NCBI RefSeq assembly: GCF_008065095.1
Contig: NZ_CP042911.1
Location: forward strand, 5,130,001-5,162,000
From: Gemmata obscuriglobus
GTDB taxonomy: Bacteria > Planctomycetota > Planctomycetia > Gemmatales > Gemmataceae
Direction of reading: 5' to 3'
Length of the DNA: 32,000 bases
The notes under the pieces are model-generated. The model was not told the origin of the DNA, ran no database searches, and was given only the letters and a program-made list of their open reading frames with translations. Position 1 is the first letter of the stretch. The number at the start of each line of letters is the position of its first letter. Shown here one piece after another: positions 9,177 through 18,689 of the stretch. Position numbers and translations under genes: made by a program.

Positions 9177-10652
9177 CTGTACTTTCCGCGAATCAGCCGT
9201 GCTCACGCGGCCAAGTCCAAGCACCGGTAGGCGAGGTCGCGGATTTTCGTGTGGTCGTGGTGCTCGCCCACAACGGCCCGAATCTCCTCGGCCAACAGCT
9301 CGTGTTGCCAGGCCCGGCGCTTGTCCGCGTGACTCGGGCGCCGGCTCGGATCGTCCCACGGGGACGCGGACCGGTGCCCCACCAACTCGTCCGCGTTCCG
9401 AGCCCAGGCCCACACCTCGGTCAGGGTGTGCGCCCATGCACACAGGTGGAAGCACCCGACGTTCGACGGCACCCCGCGCACCTGTTGCTGGCCCGTCCCG
9501 GCGACTTGTTTGAGATCCCGGAAGCACGTCTCCAGGGTGAACCGGTCGGCCACCCGTTCCAAGATGTCGGTCACCGTCGCGCCCGGGTCGGTGCTGAAGA
9601 ACGCGACCCATCCGTGGGGCTCGTCCACCAGCACCACCCGGATCGCCCCACCGGCCGGGCGCCAGGTGGCCACGAACGTCTTGTACCGCTTCTCGACGGT
9701 CTTCCCATACACGGTGAACGTGCCGGTGCTCCACCCGCCGTTGTGCCCGGCCCGCTTGGCCAACGAGATCCGTGCCGTTCCGTACACCCGCGGGCGCCCG
9801 CGCAGCCCGGGCTCCCGCGCGGGCGGTAACGAGCACAGGGCCGCATCCCGGCGGAGCCGGCTCACCACCGTCACCCCGAGCTTCCGCAGCGGCTTCAGCA
9901 CCGGCCCCTGGGCGTACGCCCCGTCGGCCACCACCCACACCGCCATGCCCCACATCTTCAGCCATCCGTGCGCCCACCGCACCAGGTCAACGGCCATCGC
10001 CAGCTTGGTGGCGAACCGGGGCCGATCGGTCGCCCGCACCGCGCCCAGGTTCGCCTTCCGGATGTACAACCGGGCCAACAGGGGCAGAGCCACGACCCCA
10101 CCCAGTGGATGCGCCACCAGCAACCCGAGCACCACCCACACGTGCCCGTACACGAATGCGCTCCCGGCCGGCCCGGGTGTCGGGTTGTGATGCACCCCGG
10201 CCCCTTGTACCTTCGGTCCGTACCGGGCGGTCGGTGTGTCGTCCAACGCCAGCACCACCCGCGGCCCGGTCACCAGGGGCTTGAGGATCTCGACCAACAA
10301 CCGGGTCGCGATGCGCTCGACCCGGCGCCCGACCGCGGCCGCGGTGGGGTAACAGCGGCGGTATTGGGACGATAATCCGGCCGCCCGAATCCAGCAACTC
10401 AGGGCGTGCCGCCCGCGGGCCAGCAGCACACCCAGGAACAGGGCCGCCAACCGCCGACCCGAGCGCCGATCCAGTGCCCCGGCCAGAACCGAAAACCAGT
10501 GGCAACGCGGGGACGGAGTATGCGCAGATGGCATGGCCGTGTCCGTTCGGGGTGGCTGGTCGTGTGGTAACGCCATCCTCCCGGACGGGCCGGCACTCGT
10601 CTACTCCGAACCCACCATCACCTCCCGACCTACAAATTCGCGGAAAGTACAG
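9177..10652 (-). mobile_element. IS701/IS4-superfamily insertion sequence, apparently intact
   Basis: The 17-bp terminal IRs are CTGTACTTTCCGCGAAT (9177-9193) and ATTCGCGGAAAGTACAG (10636-10652). They are flanked by the direct repeat AACCGT (9171-9176 and 10653-10658). A 4-bp TSD (ACCG) with an 18-bp IR is an alternative reading. Confidence 0.85.
9203..10576 (-). CDS. DDE transposase (IS701-like)
   Basis: The 457-aa ORF carries LALDDTPTARYGP, VVADGAYAQG and LETCFRDLKQ (a D, D, E arrangement). The start could be the internal M15 instead. Confidence 0.8.
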   Translation of the reverse strand: MALPHDQPPRTDTAMPSAHTPSPRCHWFSVLAGALDRRSGRRLAALFLGVLLARGRHALSCWIRAAGLSSQYRRCYPTAAAVGRRVERIATRLLVEILKPLVTGPRVVLALDDTPTARYGPKVQGAGVHHNPTPGPAGSAFVYGHVWVVLGLLVAHPLGGVVALPLLARLYIRKANLGAVRATDRPRFATKLAMAVDLVRWAHGWLKMWGMAVWVVADGAYAQGPVLKPLRKLGVTVVSRLRRDAALCSLPPAREPGLRGRPRVYGTARISLAKRAGHNGGWSTGTFTVYGKTVEKRYKTFVATWRPAGGAIRVVLVDEPHGWVAFFSTDPGATVTDILERVADRFTLETCFRDLKQVAGTGQQQVRGVPSNVGCFHLCAWAHTLTEVWAWARNADELVGHRSASPWDDPSRRPSHADKRRAWQHELLAEEIRAVVGEHHDHTKIRDLAYRCLDLAA

Positions 10653-10888
10653 AACCGTGCGATCCGTCAAAAATTGCCCAGGCCGAATGATGGGCGGGGC
10701 GGCGTTCGTGCCCCCTTGCGCACGAGCGGACCGTGAAGCCGATGACGCGAGCAGTCCCCTCGCGCGGCGTGGCTGCTCGACGCGGGGCCGAAAGGGATGG
10801 ATGTGAAGAAGTCCCCACGCGCTCGCGCTGGTAATCGTGCCGCGGGCGCGTGTCAATTCGTGCGATCCCCGGAAGCGTGCCGGCCGAA

Positions 10889-11206
10889 TCAGGAGCGCGG
10901 CCTCGCGCCCTTCGCCGAGGCCGACTTGGTCGGGACGGCCGGGCGCTTCAGCTCGTACTCGTACTCACCGTATTCGGCCGCGTGCTTGCCCTTTTCTGTC
11001 AGCGAGTAAGTTGCGGTGAACGGGTCGGTCGCGGACCCGGTGCTGAACTCCAGCAGCCCCTCGTCGACGAGCGACGTGAGGAACGAGCCGTCTTTAGTTT
11101 TGCGGCTGGGGACCAGGCGCAGGGCGCGCCCGTCGATCGGCTTCTTGCTCCGCCGAACGGTGCGCAGAACCTGCCAAGTAAAGTGAGATGTTGGGCGTAA
11201 GGGCAC
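10889..11206 (-). CDS. Small winged-helix-like DNA-binding protein (hypothetical)
   Basis: ORF 10889-11371. The pattern WQVLRTV..KPIDGRAL......SFLTSLVDEGLLEF......YSLTEKGK resembles a wHTH (PadR/MarR-like). The 5' 165 nt of the ORF have low GC3, unlike real genes here. GTG 11206, preceded by GAGAGG with a 6-nt spacer, is the more likely start. Confidence 0.45.
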   Translation of the reverse strand: MPLRPTSHFTWQVLRTVRRSKKPIDGRALRLVPSRKTKDGSFLTSLVDEGLLEFSTGSATDPFTATYSLTEKGKHAAEYGEYEYELKRPAVPTKSASAKGARPRS

Positions 11207-11548
11207 GGGATGCCTCTCGATCTGTCCGATGCGGGTAACGAATCGTTGTTCAGAGATTCGGAGAAGTTTAGCTCCAACTGCACACCGGATCAACTCTCTT
11301 CGTTCAATTGTCAAAGACGTTACACTCACCACGAGCAAGACCGGGCACATAAATCCGATTGCCAGCGTCATACCGATTCGCGCAATGTGGACAGGATACG
11401 CGATTTGGAAAAGGCAACAAAACGGCCCGCGGCCCTGGCCCGAGCGGCTAATTTAATTCGCAACGCGCACATCACGGCCCCCATACCAGCTCATGTGAGC
11501 CGGTGTGCGATCCGTACTCGTGGCCGCCACCTTGAACCGGGTGCCCAG

Positions 11549-14500
11549 ATGCCGAACTGGTCGAAGCAAATGTTCAAGAGCCAACAGCCGACTCGGCCCG
11601 TGCACCTAGCCCCGCGACTCGGCGTCGAGGCCCTGGAAGACCGCAGCGTCCCGGCGACGGTCATCACGATCCAGGAAGCGGCCGGCTCGCTCGACGGGTT
11701 CCTCAGCGCGACCGACGGCACCATCGCCCTGAATGATCTGGCCGGCCAGGCCGGCACGCTCTCTCGCGCCGCCCTCCAGGGCGTCGGCGCGGGCGTTGCG
11801 ATCAGCATCGCTGCCGAAAACGCAATCGTCTTCGACGCCTCCCTCACGGCCCCCGTCGCGCTGCAAACGGACGGCACCGCCAGCGCCGCGTTCGTCGCGT
11901 CGAACGGGAACCTCGCGTTCGCGTCCGCCAAGTCCCTCACCACGAGCGGCGCCGACCTGACGCTCACCTCGACGAACGGCGTGCTCACCGTCGCGAACCT
12001 CGCCACCTCCGGCGGGAACGTCACCCTGAACGCCGACGCGGTGAACGTTCTCGCGGGGGTGCAGGTGAACGCGGGCACGAACCCGACCCGCAGCATCGTG
12101 ACCGTTCAGCCGGTCACCAACACCGTGAACGTCGATCTCGGCGGCGCCGGCAGCGCCGGCACCATCGGGCTCACCGACGCCGAACTGGACACGATCACCG
12201 CCCGCGTCTTGCGGGTCGGCAGCCTCACCGCCACCGGCACCATCGCCGTGACCGCCCCGATCACGCTCGCCGGCGGCGCCGTCCCGACGCTCAGCCTACG
12301 CACCGGCAACAACACCGCCACCGCGGTCACACAGACCGCACCGCTGAGCGTCACCAACCTCGCCGTCCAGTCGGCCGGTACGGTCGTCCTTACCACCCCT
12401 GGGAACGACGTAACCACGCTGGCCGCGAGCGTCACCGGGGCCGGCAACGCCTTCCGGTTCACCGACACCAACGCGCTGGTCCTCGGAACCGTGGACGGGG
12501 TCGCGGGGGCCGCCACCACCACCGCGCCCGGTTCGCAGGTGACCCTGTCGGCCGGCGCACTGACCCAGGCAGCCGGCGCCAACGTTACCACCAGCGAACT
12601 CGAACTGCTCGGCGCCGGCCCGGTCACCCTCACCAACGCCGGCAACAACGTCGCGACACTGGCCGCCAGCGTCGCCGGTGCCCTCAGCTACACCGACGCC
12701 GACGCTCTGACCGTGGGTATCGTTGGCGGCACCAGCGGCGTTGCCACGACCAACAGCGCCATCGTCATCGCCACCACCGACGGCGACCTGAGCATCACCA
12801 ACGGCAACGCGGGTCCGACGCCGGACGTGAACGCCGGCACCGGCACCGTGTCCCTCACCGCCGGCGGCGCGGCCGGGCAGAACCGGCTGCTTGCCGTCGC
12901 GATCGACGCCGGCGTTACCGGCACGGGCGGGGTCACACTAACCGCGAACGACGTTGAAATCGAGGCTGATGTGGACGCCGGAGCGCAACTGCTCCTGGTT
13001 CAACCGTTCGAGGCCAGCACGCCTATCAACCTAGGGACCAACACGGTCGGCGCGTTCGCGCTGACGGATGCCGAAATTGACTTTCTGATTACCACAGGGG
13101 CCGTGCGGATTGGTAACGCCGCGGCCGGGAACATTGATGTCAGCGCGGCGATCACCGTGGACGGCGCGAGCCAGCTCGAGTTGATCACCGGCGGCGGAGT
13201 CATGGACAACAACTCCGGTGCTCAGGACATTTCCGTCGCCCGACTCGCGATCACAGCCGGCACCGGGATCGGTGTGGTCGGCACCAACACTCCGAACCTC
13301 GAGCTGAGCGTCACGAACCTGGAAGCGACCACCGCGACCGGGGGCATCGGGATCAGTAATTTCGGCGAGCTGGTGATCGGCGGCGTAACCGGAGCACTCT
13401 CCGGGTTAAGCGTGACGACTTCGGGTGCCATCGCGATCACCGTCACGGGTTCGCTCACCGTCGGGGCGACCCCGACCGAGGGCGTGTCGGTCGCGGGCGG
13501 CGGAAACATCACCCTGACGCCAAGCAACGACCTGGCGATCAACGCGCCGGTCATCGCCAGCGGCGGCAACGGCAACATCACCCTGTCGGCCCGCAACGAC
13601 ATCACGGTAGACGCGACGGTCACCGTCGCCGGCACCGGCAACATCACCGCCGGCGCCGACAGCGACAATAACGGGGGCGGAAACTTCTCCAACACGGCGG
13701 CGCTCACAACCGCCGGCGGCGACATCACCATCAGCGCGCAAGACATCGAGCTCAATGCGGCCGCCACGACCACCACGGCCGCCAGCGGTGACATCTTCCT
13801 GCTCACCCGCGACCCGGCCGATGTCATCAACCTGGGCACTAACACCGGGTTCGGGCTCACGAACGCCGACCTCAACAACGTCACCACCGCGACCCTGCAC
13901 ATCGGCAGCGCGACCAACACCGGCGGGATCGCGGTCACGGGTCAGATCACGCTCGGGGGCGCCGTCCCGGTGCTGTCGCTCGAAACGAGCGGCGCAATCA
14001 CCGACGCCACCGGCGCCGAGCAGACCGACATCACGGTCGCGAGCCTCACACTGCTGGCCGGGCGCGCGGGGGCGGGCGGCATCGGCGCGACGGGCGTGGG
14101 CGGGCTTGATGTCGCAGTCACGAACCTCGCGGCCGCGAACTCCAGCCCCGATACGGGCGAGATCGTCATCGCGAACGCCTCGGCGGCTCTGAACGTGGGC
14201 ACCGTCGCCGGGCGCGCGGGGGTCGTGAACCAGAACACCGCCGGCGGCGTCGTGCTGTCCTCGACCGGCGGAATCGCCCTCGCCGCCACGGTGAGCGGGG
14301 CCACCGGTGTGGCCGTTTCGACCAGCGGCGGTGACCTGAACACCACCGCCCCCGTCAGCAGTTCCACCGGCGCGGTCCAGCTCACCGCCTCGGGGGCGGT
14401 CAGCATCGGCGGCGCCGTGAGTGGCACCGGCGCCACCGTCACGGCCGGCACCACGCTGACCACCACCGCGGCCGCCACCGTCACCGTCGGCGGGGCCGGG

Positions 14501-16669
14501 AGCGTGGCGCTAACCGCGTCGGCGGGCGCGCTGTCGGTCGGCGCGAGCGTCGCGGCCGGCATCGGCGGCGTCACCCTGACCGCCACCGACACCGCCGCGA
14601 CCACCAACACCGTAACGGTGGCCGCGGGCGTCTCGGTTTCGACCACCGCTGCCACGCTCACCATCAACGCGGGCGACGCGGTCACGATCGGCGGCACGCT
14701 CACCACCGTAGCCGGCGGCACGGTGAACGTGAACGTGGACGCGGGAGCTGTCGATGTCGGCGTGGGCGGCGCGGTCACCTTCTCGGCCACGTCGAACGTG
14801 AGCGGCGCCACCGTCATGAACGTGACCGGCGGGGCCGACGACGACACGTTCAACCTGCGCCCGCTCACCACCGGCATCACCACCAACCTGATCGCCGCGG
14901 CCGGGGCCGACACACTGAACATCGACCTGACCGCCGCGACCGCGTCGGCGTTCGGCAACATCACCGCGGTCGGGACGGGCACGTTCAGCTTCGGGAACCG
15001 CGGCAGCGTGGTCGCCACTGGGCTGGAATCGGTCGCGGCCACCGGGGGCACCTACGCCCTCAACATCGGGCTTCAAACGGCCGGGTTCCAGGACGGCAAC
15101 GCGAGCCCGGACGTGACCACCGTGTCGAACACCGGCAGCGCCCTGAACGTGACCGTTCAGGCCAACAGCACCGGTGCAACGCAAACGCTGTTCAGCGGCC
15201 GCACCGGCGACGTGAGCACCCTCACCGTCACCGGCTCGACCGACCGCGACACGGTGACCGTTGACCTCACGAACCCGCTGCCGGCGGTGACCGTCGTGGG
15301 AGGCGGCCCGACGACGATCCCGGGCGACACGCTGAACCTGATCACCACGAACGCCAACGGGGCCACGTTCACCCCGGTGGTCGGGGGCGGGACGTACACG
15401 TTCGCGAACCGCAGCGCGGTCACGTTCAGCCAGATCGAGGTCGGGCCGGCGCCGGTGCTCCGCGTCGCGGCTTCCGACGCGAGCGCCGCCGAGGGCGCCA
15501 CCCCGGACACCGGGACGTTCACCATCACCCGCGTCGGCGACACCTCCGCCGCGCTCACGGTGACGTACACGCTGAGCGGCACCGCGGTGAACGGGGTCTC
15601 CTACCAGGCGCTCACGGGCACCGTGACGTTCGCGCCCGGCGCGAGCACGGCGACCGTCACGCTGACCCCGATCGACAACTCGAGCGTGGACGGCACCCGC
15701 ACGGCGGTGCTCACGCTGTCCCCGAGCGCCTCCTACGAGATCGCAGCCGGGGCGAGCCAGGCCACGATCGCCATCGCCGACAACGACGCGCTCGGGCGGC
15801 GCCTGGTCGTGGGTTCGTCGGCCAGCGGCACGGTCCAGGTACTCGACAACAGCAGCAACACGGCGGTGGCTTCGTTCCGGCCCTACGCCGGGTACCAGGG
15901 CGGGGTATCGGTGGCGGTCGGGGACGTGACCGGCGACGGGGTGGCGGACATCGTGACCGGCGCGACCGCCCTGTCGCCGCACGTGAAGGTGTTCGACGGG
16001 GTCACCTTCAAGGAGATCCGGAGCTTCTTCGCGTTCACCAACTTCGCCAGCGGGGTGAGCGTCGCGGTCGGCGACCTTGACAACGACGGGAAGTCCGAGA
16101 TCATCGTGGGGGCCGGCACCCTGGCCCCGCACGTGAAGGTGTTCGACGCGACCACGCTGCAGGAGCGGGCCAGCTTCTACGCCTTCACGCTGACGACCGG
16201 AGCCCCGATCGCCAGCGGCATCACGGTGGCCGCGGGCGACACCGACGGCGACGGGCGGGCCGAGATCGTCGTGGGCGCGACCGTCGCCCCGCACGTGAAG
16301 ACGTTCGACCTCGCCGGCAACACGCTCCGCAGCTTCCTGGTCCCGAACCTGCCGCCGGACACCGGCATCAGTGTCGGCACCGGCGACCTCGACGGGGACA
16401 AGCGCGCGGAACTCCTGGTCGGCGCGCGGGTCGGCGGTCAGGCGGTGACGACGGTGTTCCAGGGCGAAGCCGCGATCGGGCAGTTCTCGTCCGGCGCGGT
16501 GGCGACCACGCCGCGGGTGGCGGGGACCGACCGCGACGGCGACGGGAAGGACGAACTGATCCTCACGCTCGGCCCGACCGTCAGCGTGCGGAGCGGGACG
16601 TTCCCGTTCGACCAGCTCTCCACCCTGACCCCCTTCACCGGGTTCAACGGCGGCGTGTTCGTCGGCTAA
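11549..16669 (+). CDS. Giant secreted or surface protein: N-terminal LEDR motif, long T/A/G/V-rich beta-helix-like repeats, Calx-beta domain, C-terminal FG-GAP/VCBS beta-propeller
   Basis: ORF 11210-16669. The likely start is ATG 11549 (MPNWSKQMF...RLGVEALEDRSVPA), since the upstream part has low GC3. A Calx-beta-like segment reads VLRVAASDASAAEGATPDTGTFTITRVG...VTFAPGASTATVTL. Five FG-GAP-like repeats are present (GDVTGDGVADIVTGA, GDLDNDGKSEIIVGA, GDTDGDGRAEIVVGA, GDLDGDKRAELLVGA, DRDGDGKDELIL), the first three with a PHVKVFD/PHVKTFD motif. Confidence 0.85.
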   Translation: MPNWSKQMFKSQQPTRPVHLAPRLGVEALEDRSVPATVITIQEAAGSLDGFLSATDGTIALNDLAGQAGTLSRAALQGVGAGVAISIAAENAIVFDASLTAPVALQTDGTASAAFVASNGNLAFASAKSLTTSGADLTLTSTNGVLTVANLATSGGNVTLNADAVNVLAGVQVNAGTNPTRSIVTVQPVTNTVNVDLGGAGSAGTIGLTDAELDTITARVLRVGSLTATGTIAVTAPITLAGGAVPTLSLRTGNNTATAVTQTAPLSVTNLAVQSAGTVVLTTPGNDVTTLAASVTGAGNAFRFTDTNALVLGTVDGVAGAATTTAPGSQVTLSAGALTQAAGANVTTSELELLGAGPVTLTNAGNNVATLAASVAGALSYTDADALTVGIVGGTSGVATTNSAIVIATTDGDLSITNGNAGPTPDVNAGTGTVSLTAGGAAGQNRLLAVAIDAGVTGTGGVTLTANDVEIEADVDAGAQLLLVQPFEASTPINLGTNTVGAFALTDAEIDFLITTGAVRIGNAAAGNIDVSAAITVDGASQLELITGGGVMDNNSGAQDISVARLAITAGTGIGVVGTNTPNLELSVTNLEATTATGGIGISNFGELVIGGVTGALSGLSVTTSGAIAITVTGSLTVGATPTEGVSVAGGGNITLTPSNDLAINAPVIASGGNGNITLSARNDITVDATVTVAGTGNITAGADSDNNGGGNFSNTAALTTAGGDITISAQDIELNAAATTTTAASGDIFLLTRDPADVINLGTNTGFGLTNADLNNVTTATLHIGSATNTGGIAVTGQITLGGAVPVLSLETSGAITDATGAEQTDITVASLTLLAGRAGAGGIGATGVGGLDVAVTNLAAANSSPDTGEIVIANASAALNVGTVAGRAGVVNQNTAGGVVLSSTGGIALAATVSGATGVAVSTSGGDLNTTAPVSSSTGAVQLTASGAVSIGGAVSGTGATVTAGTTLTTTAAATVTVGGAGSVALTASAGALSVGASVAAGIGGVTLTATDTAATTNTVTVAAGVSVSTTAATLTINAGDAVTIGGTLTTVAGGTVNVNVDAGAVDVGVGGAVTFSATSNVSGATVMNVTGGADDDTFNLRPLTTGITTNLIAAAGADTLNIDLTAATASAFGNITAVGTGTFSFGNRGSVVATGLESVAATGGTYALNIGLQTAGFQDGNASPDVTTVSNTGSALNVTVQANSTGATQTLFSGRTGDVSTLTVTGSTDRDTVTVDLTNPLPAVTVVGGGPTTIPGDTLNLITTNANGATFTPVVGGGTYTFANRSAVTFSQIEVGPAPVLRVAASDASAAEGATPDTGTFTITRVGDTSAALTVTYTLSGTAVNGVSYQALTGTVTFAPGASTATVTLTPIDNSSVDGTRTAVLTLSPSASYEIAAGASQATIAIADNDALGRRLVVGSSASGTVQVLDNSSNTAVASFRPYAGYQGGVSVAVGDVTGDGVADIVTGATALSPHVKVFDGVTFKEIRSFFAFTNFASGVSVAVGDLDNDGKSEIIVGAGTLAPHVKVFDATTLQERASFYAFTLTTGAPIASGITVAAGDTDGDGRAEIVVGATVAPHVKTFDLAGNTLRSFLVPNLPPDTGISVGTGDLDGDKRAELLVGARVGGQAVTTVFQGEAAIGQFSSGAVATTPRVAGTDRDGDGKDELILTLGPTVSVRSGTFPFDQLSTLTPFTGFNGGVFVG

Positions 16670-16677
16670 CGAACGGC

Positions 16678-17572
16678 TTAGTGACTGTCCCATATGTGGG
16701 ATTTATGCCACCGTGTGGTATTGAAACTCGGCGTCGACCCCTTTCGGCTCAAGCCGGTTGAGCATCAGGTGGATCATGGCCAACTTGACGAACGCCTCCG
16801 ACGACCGCACCGTCTTCTCCCGGTCCTTGGACAACCGCCGGCACGTCCCCAGCCAGGCGAACGTCCGCTCCACCGTCCACCGCCGCGGTAACTTCACCCA
16901 CCCCTTGGCCCCGTCCGGGCGGCGGACGATGACCAGCTCCCACCGGGCGTTCGTCTCGACCCACTCGTACAGGGCGTAGTTGTGGTACTTGCGGTCGGCG
17001 AACACCCGGCGCACCTTCCCCATCGGTTGCTCGTCCAGCCGGCCGAACAGTTCGGCCGCCGCCTTGGCATCATCGACGCTCGCGGCCGTCACCAGCACGG
17101 CCAGCAGCAACCCCATGGAATCCACGAGGATGTGCCGCTTCCGCCCGTCCACGTTCTTGGCGTTGTCCCGGCCCCGCTCCTCGCCGCCGGAGGTCGTGTC
17201 CACCGACTGGCTATCCACGCTCGCGGTCGTCCGGGGCGAGTACGGCCTCTCGGCGGTGCGGACCTTTTTGCGGAGAAGGTCATGGATCGTGTCGCGGGTG
17301 CCGTTGTGTCGCCACTCGTCGAAGTACCGCCCGACCGTGGACTTGGGCGGGAAGTCCTTGGGCCGGTACCGCCACTGGCAACCGGTCCGCAGCACGTAGA
17401 AGACCGCGTCGGTGACGTCCCGCAGGGCGGTGGTGCGGGGACGGCCGCCGGGGTACACGGGGATGTGTGGCTCGATGAGCCCCCACTGCTCGTCGGTCAC
17501 GTCGCTCGGGTAGGATTGGGTTCGCATGGACCATTCTACCCACCCAACCGCCACATATGGGACAGTCACTAA
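16678..17572 (-). mobile_element. IS5-family insertion sequence, copy 2 (complete, inverted relative to copy 1)
   Basis: The 22-bp terminal IRs are TTAGTGACTGTCCCATATGTGG (16678-16699) and its reverse complement (17551-17572). If the element is read as 16681-17569, it is flanked by TA on both sides (a possible 2-bp TSD). It sits 9-12 nt after the stop codon of the giant gene, depending on which element boundary is taken. Confidence 0.9.
16703..17527 (-). CDS. IS5-family DDE transposase
   Basis: ORF 16703-17605. The start is ATG 17527 (MRTQSYPSDVTDEQW...). The protein is identical to the partial copy at 2-817. Confidence 0.9.
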   Translation of the reverse strand: MRTQSYPSDVTDEQWGLIEPHIPVYPGGRPRTTALRDVTDAVFYVLRTGCQWRYRPKDFPPKSTVGRYFDEWRHNGTRDTIHDLLRKKVRTAERPYSPRTTASVDSQSVDTTSGGEERGRDNAKNVDGRKRHILVDSMGLLLAVLVTAASVDDAKAAAELFGRLDEQPMGKVRRVFADRKYHNYALYEWVETNARWELVIVRRPDGAKGWVKLPRRWTVERTFAWLGTCRRLSKDREKTVRSSEAFVKLAMIHLMLNRLEPKGVDAEFQYHTVA

Positions 17573-17669
17573 TTCCAAGTTCGGCAGGGCGTCACGAGGG
17601 CGCAACTCGTTTCGATCCTGCCACCGAAGGTCGTCTGTGTGTGACCAGTTTCAACCCAGAGGTGCAACG

Positions 17670-17786
17670 ATGCGAATGCTCCACCTGTTCGTGCTCGCCA
17701 TCAGCATGGTGGGCCTGGTGACGACTGCCGACGCTCGAGCGCGCGCAATGGACCCGCTGCCCGTGCCCGAACCGGTGGGATGCTGA
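17670..17786 (+). pseudogene. 5' fragment of a signal-peptide protein gene, truncated by the IS3 element
   Basis: AGAGG plus a 7-nt spacer precedes ATG 17670. The product is MRMLHLFVLAISMVGLVTTADA..., a signal peptide. The stop codon TGA (17784-17786) is supplied by the IS3 terminal repeat (TGCTGA...). The fragment lies in the 208 bp (17573-17780) left between IS5 copy 2 and IS3. Confidence 0.5.
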
Positions 17787-17810
17787 CGATTTGGCGGACA
17801 GTTCAGCTGC

Positions 17811-18689
17811 TTAGTTCTGGGCCATGGTGCGGGTTACGAATTGGTGGGGTGTAAGGTAGCCGATCGCCGAATGCTCCCGCTCGAGTCGGTAGTGCCTCAC
17901 GTACTCCGCGACGACCGTCCGGGCCGCCACGACACTGTCATACTCGGCCACTTCGAGTTCGCGCTTGATCGAACTCCAACAACTTTCCATGAACGCGTTG
18001 TCGTAGCAGTTGTCCGCCCGACTCATGCTCTGCTTCATTGAGGCACGACGCAGCACAGCTCGATACTCGGTGCCGGCGTACTGCCCGCCGCGATCCGTGT
18101 GATGCACCAGACCGGCCCTCGGTTGGCGCTCGCGGATCGCACGGCGCAACACGTCCAGCACCAGCGGCTCCGTCATCGTCGCGTCAATTGACCACGCCAC
18201 GATGTCACGCGAGTACCGGTCCAGCAACGCGGCCAGGTACCCGAACCCGCCGCCACGCAGCGGCAGGTACGTGATGTCGCCAACCCACAACTCATCGACC
18301 CGCGTCGGCTCATCCGCCTCGAGCAACAGGTTCGGGCTGTACCCCAGGGTGTGACGCGAGTCGGTCGTCTTGGGTACGAACGACCTCGGCTGGATCGCTC
18401 GCAAGCCCTGGCTTTTTAGGACCCACGCGACGCGCTTCGGGCTGCACACGATGTCCTCGTCCGCCAATTCCGAGGCGATGCGTCGGGCCCGGTAGCGACG
18501 GCGATGCCTCACGAAGATGTCCACGATGGCGGGTGTGAGTTCGTCGAGCTCCTGCTCGCGAGCACCGGGTTCTCGGGTGAGCCAGTCGTAGTACGCCGAG
18601 CGACTCACCTCGAGCGCGTCGCAGATCGTGACCGTAGGAATGCTCGTGTCCTGAGCGATGGCCTCGATGGCGGCATACACGTCGCTCAC
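17811..18689 (-). CDS. IS3 orfB (DDE integrase-like catalytic domain)
   Basis: The 292-aa ORF carries WVGDITYLP, HHTDRGGQY and CYDNAFMESCW (the DD35E region of rve-type integrases). It lies in the +1 frame relative to orfA, not -1. Confidence 0.85.
   Translation of the reverse strand: MSDVYAAIEAIAQDTSIPTVTICDALEVSRSAYYDWLTREPGAREQELDELTPAIVDIFVRHRRRYRARRIASELADEDIVCSPKRVAWVLKSQGLRAIQPRSFVPKTTDSRHTLGYSPNLLLEADEPTRVDELWVGDITYLPLRGGGFGYLAALLDRYSRDIVAWSIDATMTEPLVLDVLRRAIRERQPRAGLVHHTDRGGQYAGTEYRAVLRRASMKQSMSRADNCYDNAFMESCWSSIKRELEVAEYDSVVAARTVVAEYVRHYRLEREHSAIGYLTPHQFVTRTMAQN

Noticed and set aside
11210-11548. N-terminal 113-aa extension of the giant ORF, and the 55-aa N-terminal extension of the opposite wHTH ORF (11207-11371).
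   Set aside because: This 340-bp stretch is distinctly AT-richer, and its codon third positions are not GC-biased as in real genes here. A good start with the LEDR signal region follows at 11549, and a GTG with an RBS lies at 11206. The stretch is treated as a divergent promoter region.
12000-15400. Possible tandem DNA repeats or a CRISPR-like periodicity in the repetitive central part of the giant gene.
   Set aside because: The repetition is at the level of amino-acid composition (T/A/G/V-rich strands). I could not find exact or near-exact nucleotide repeat units with unique spacers, and the region is one continuous coding frame.
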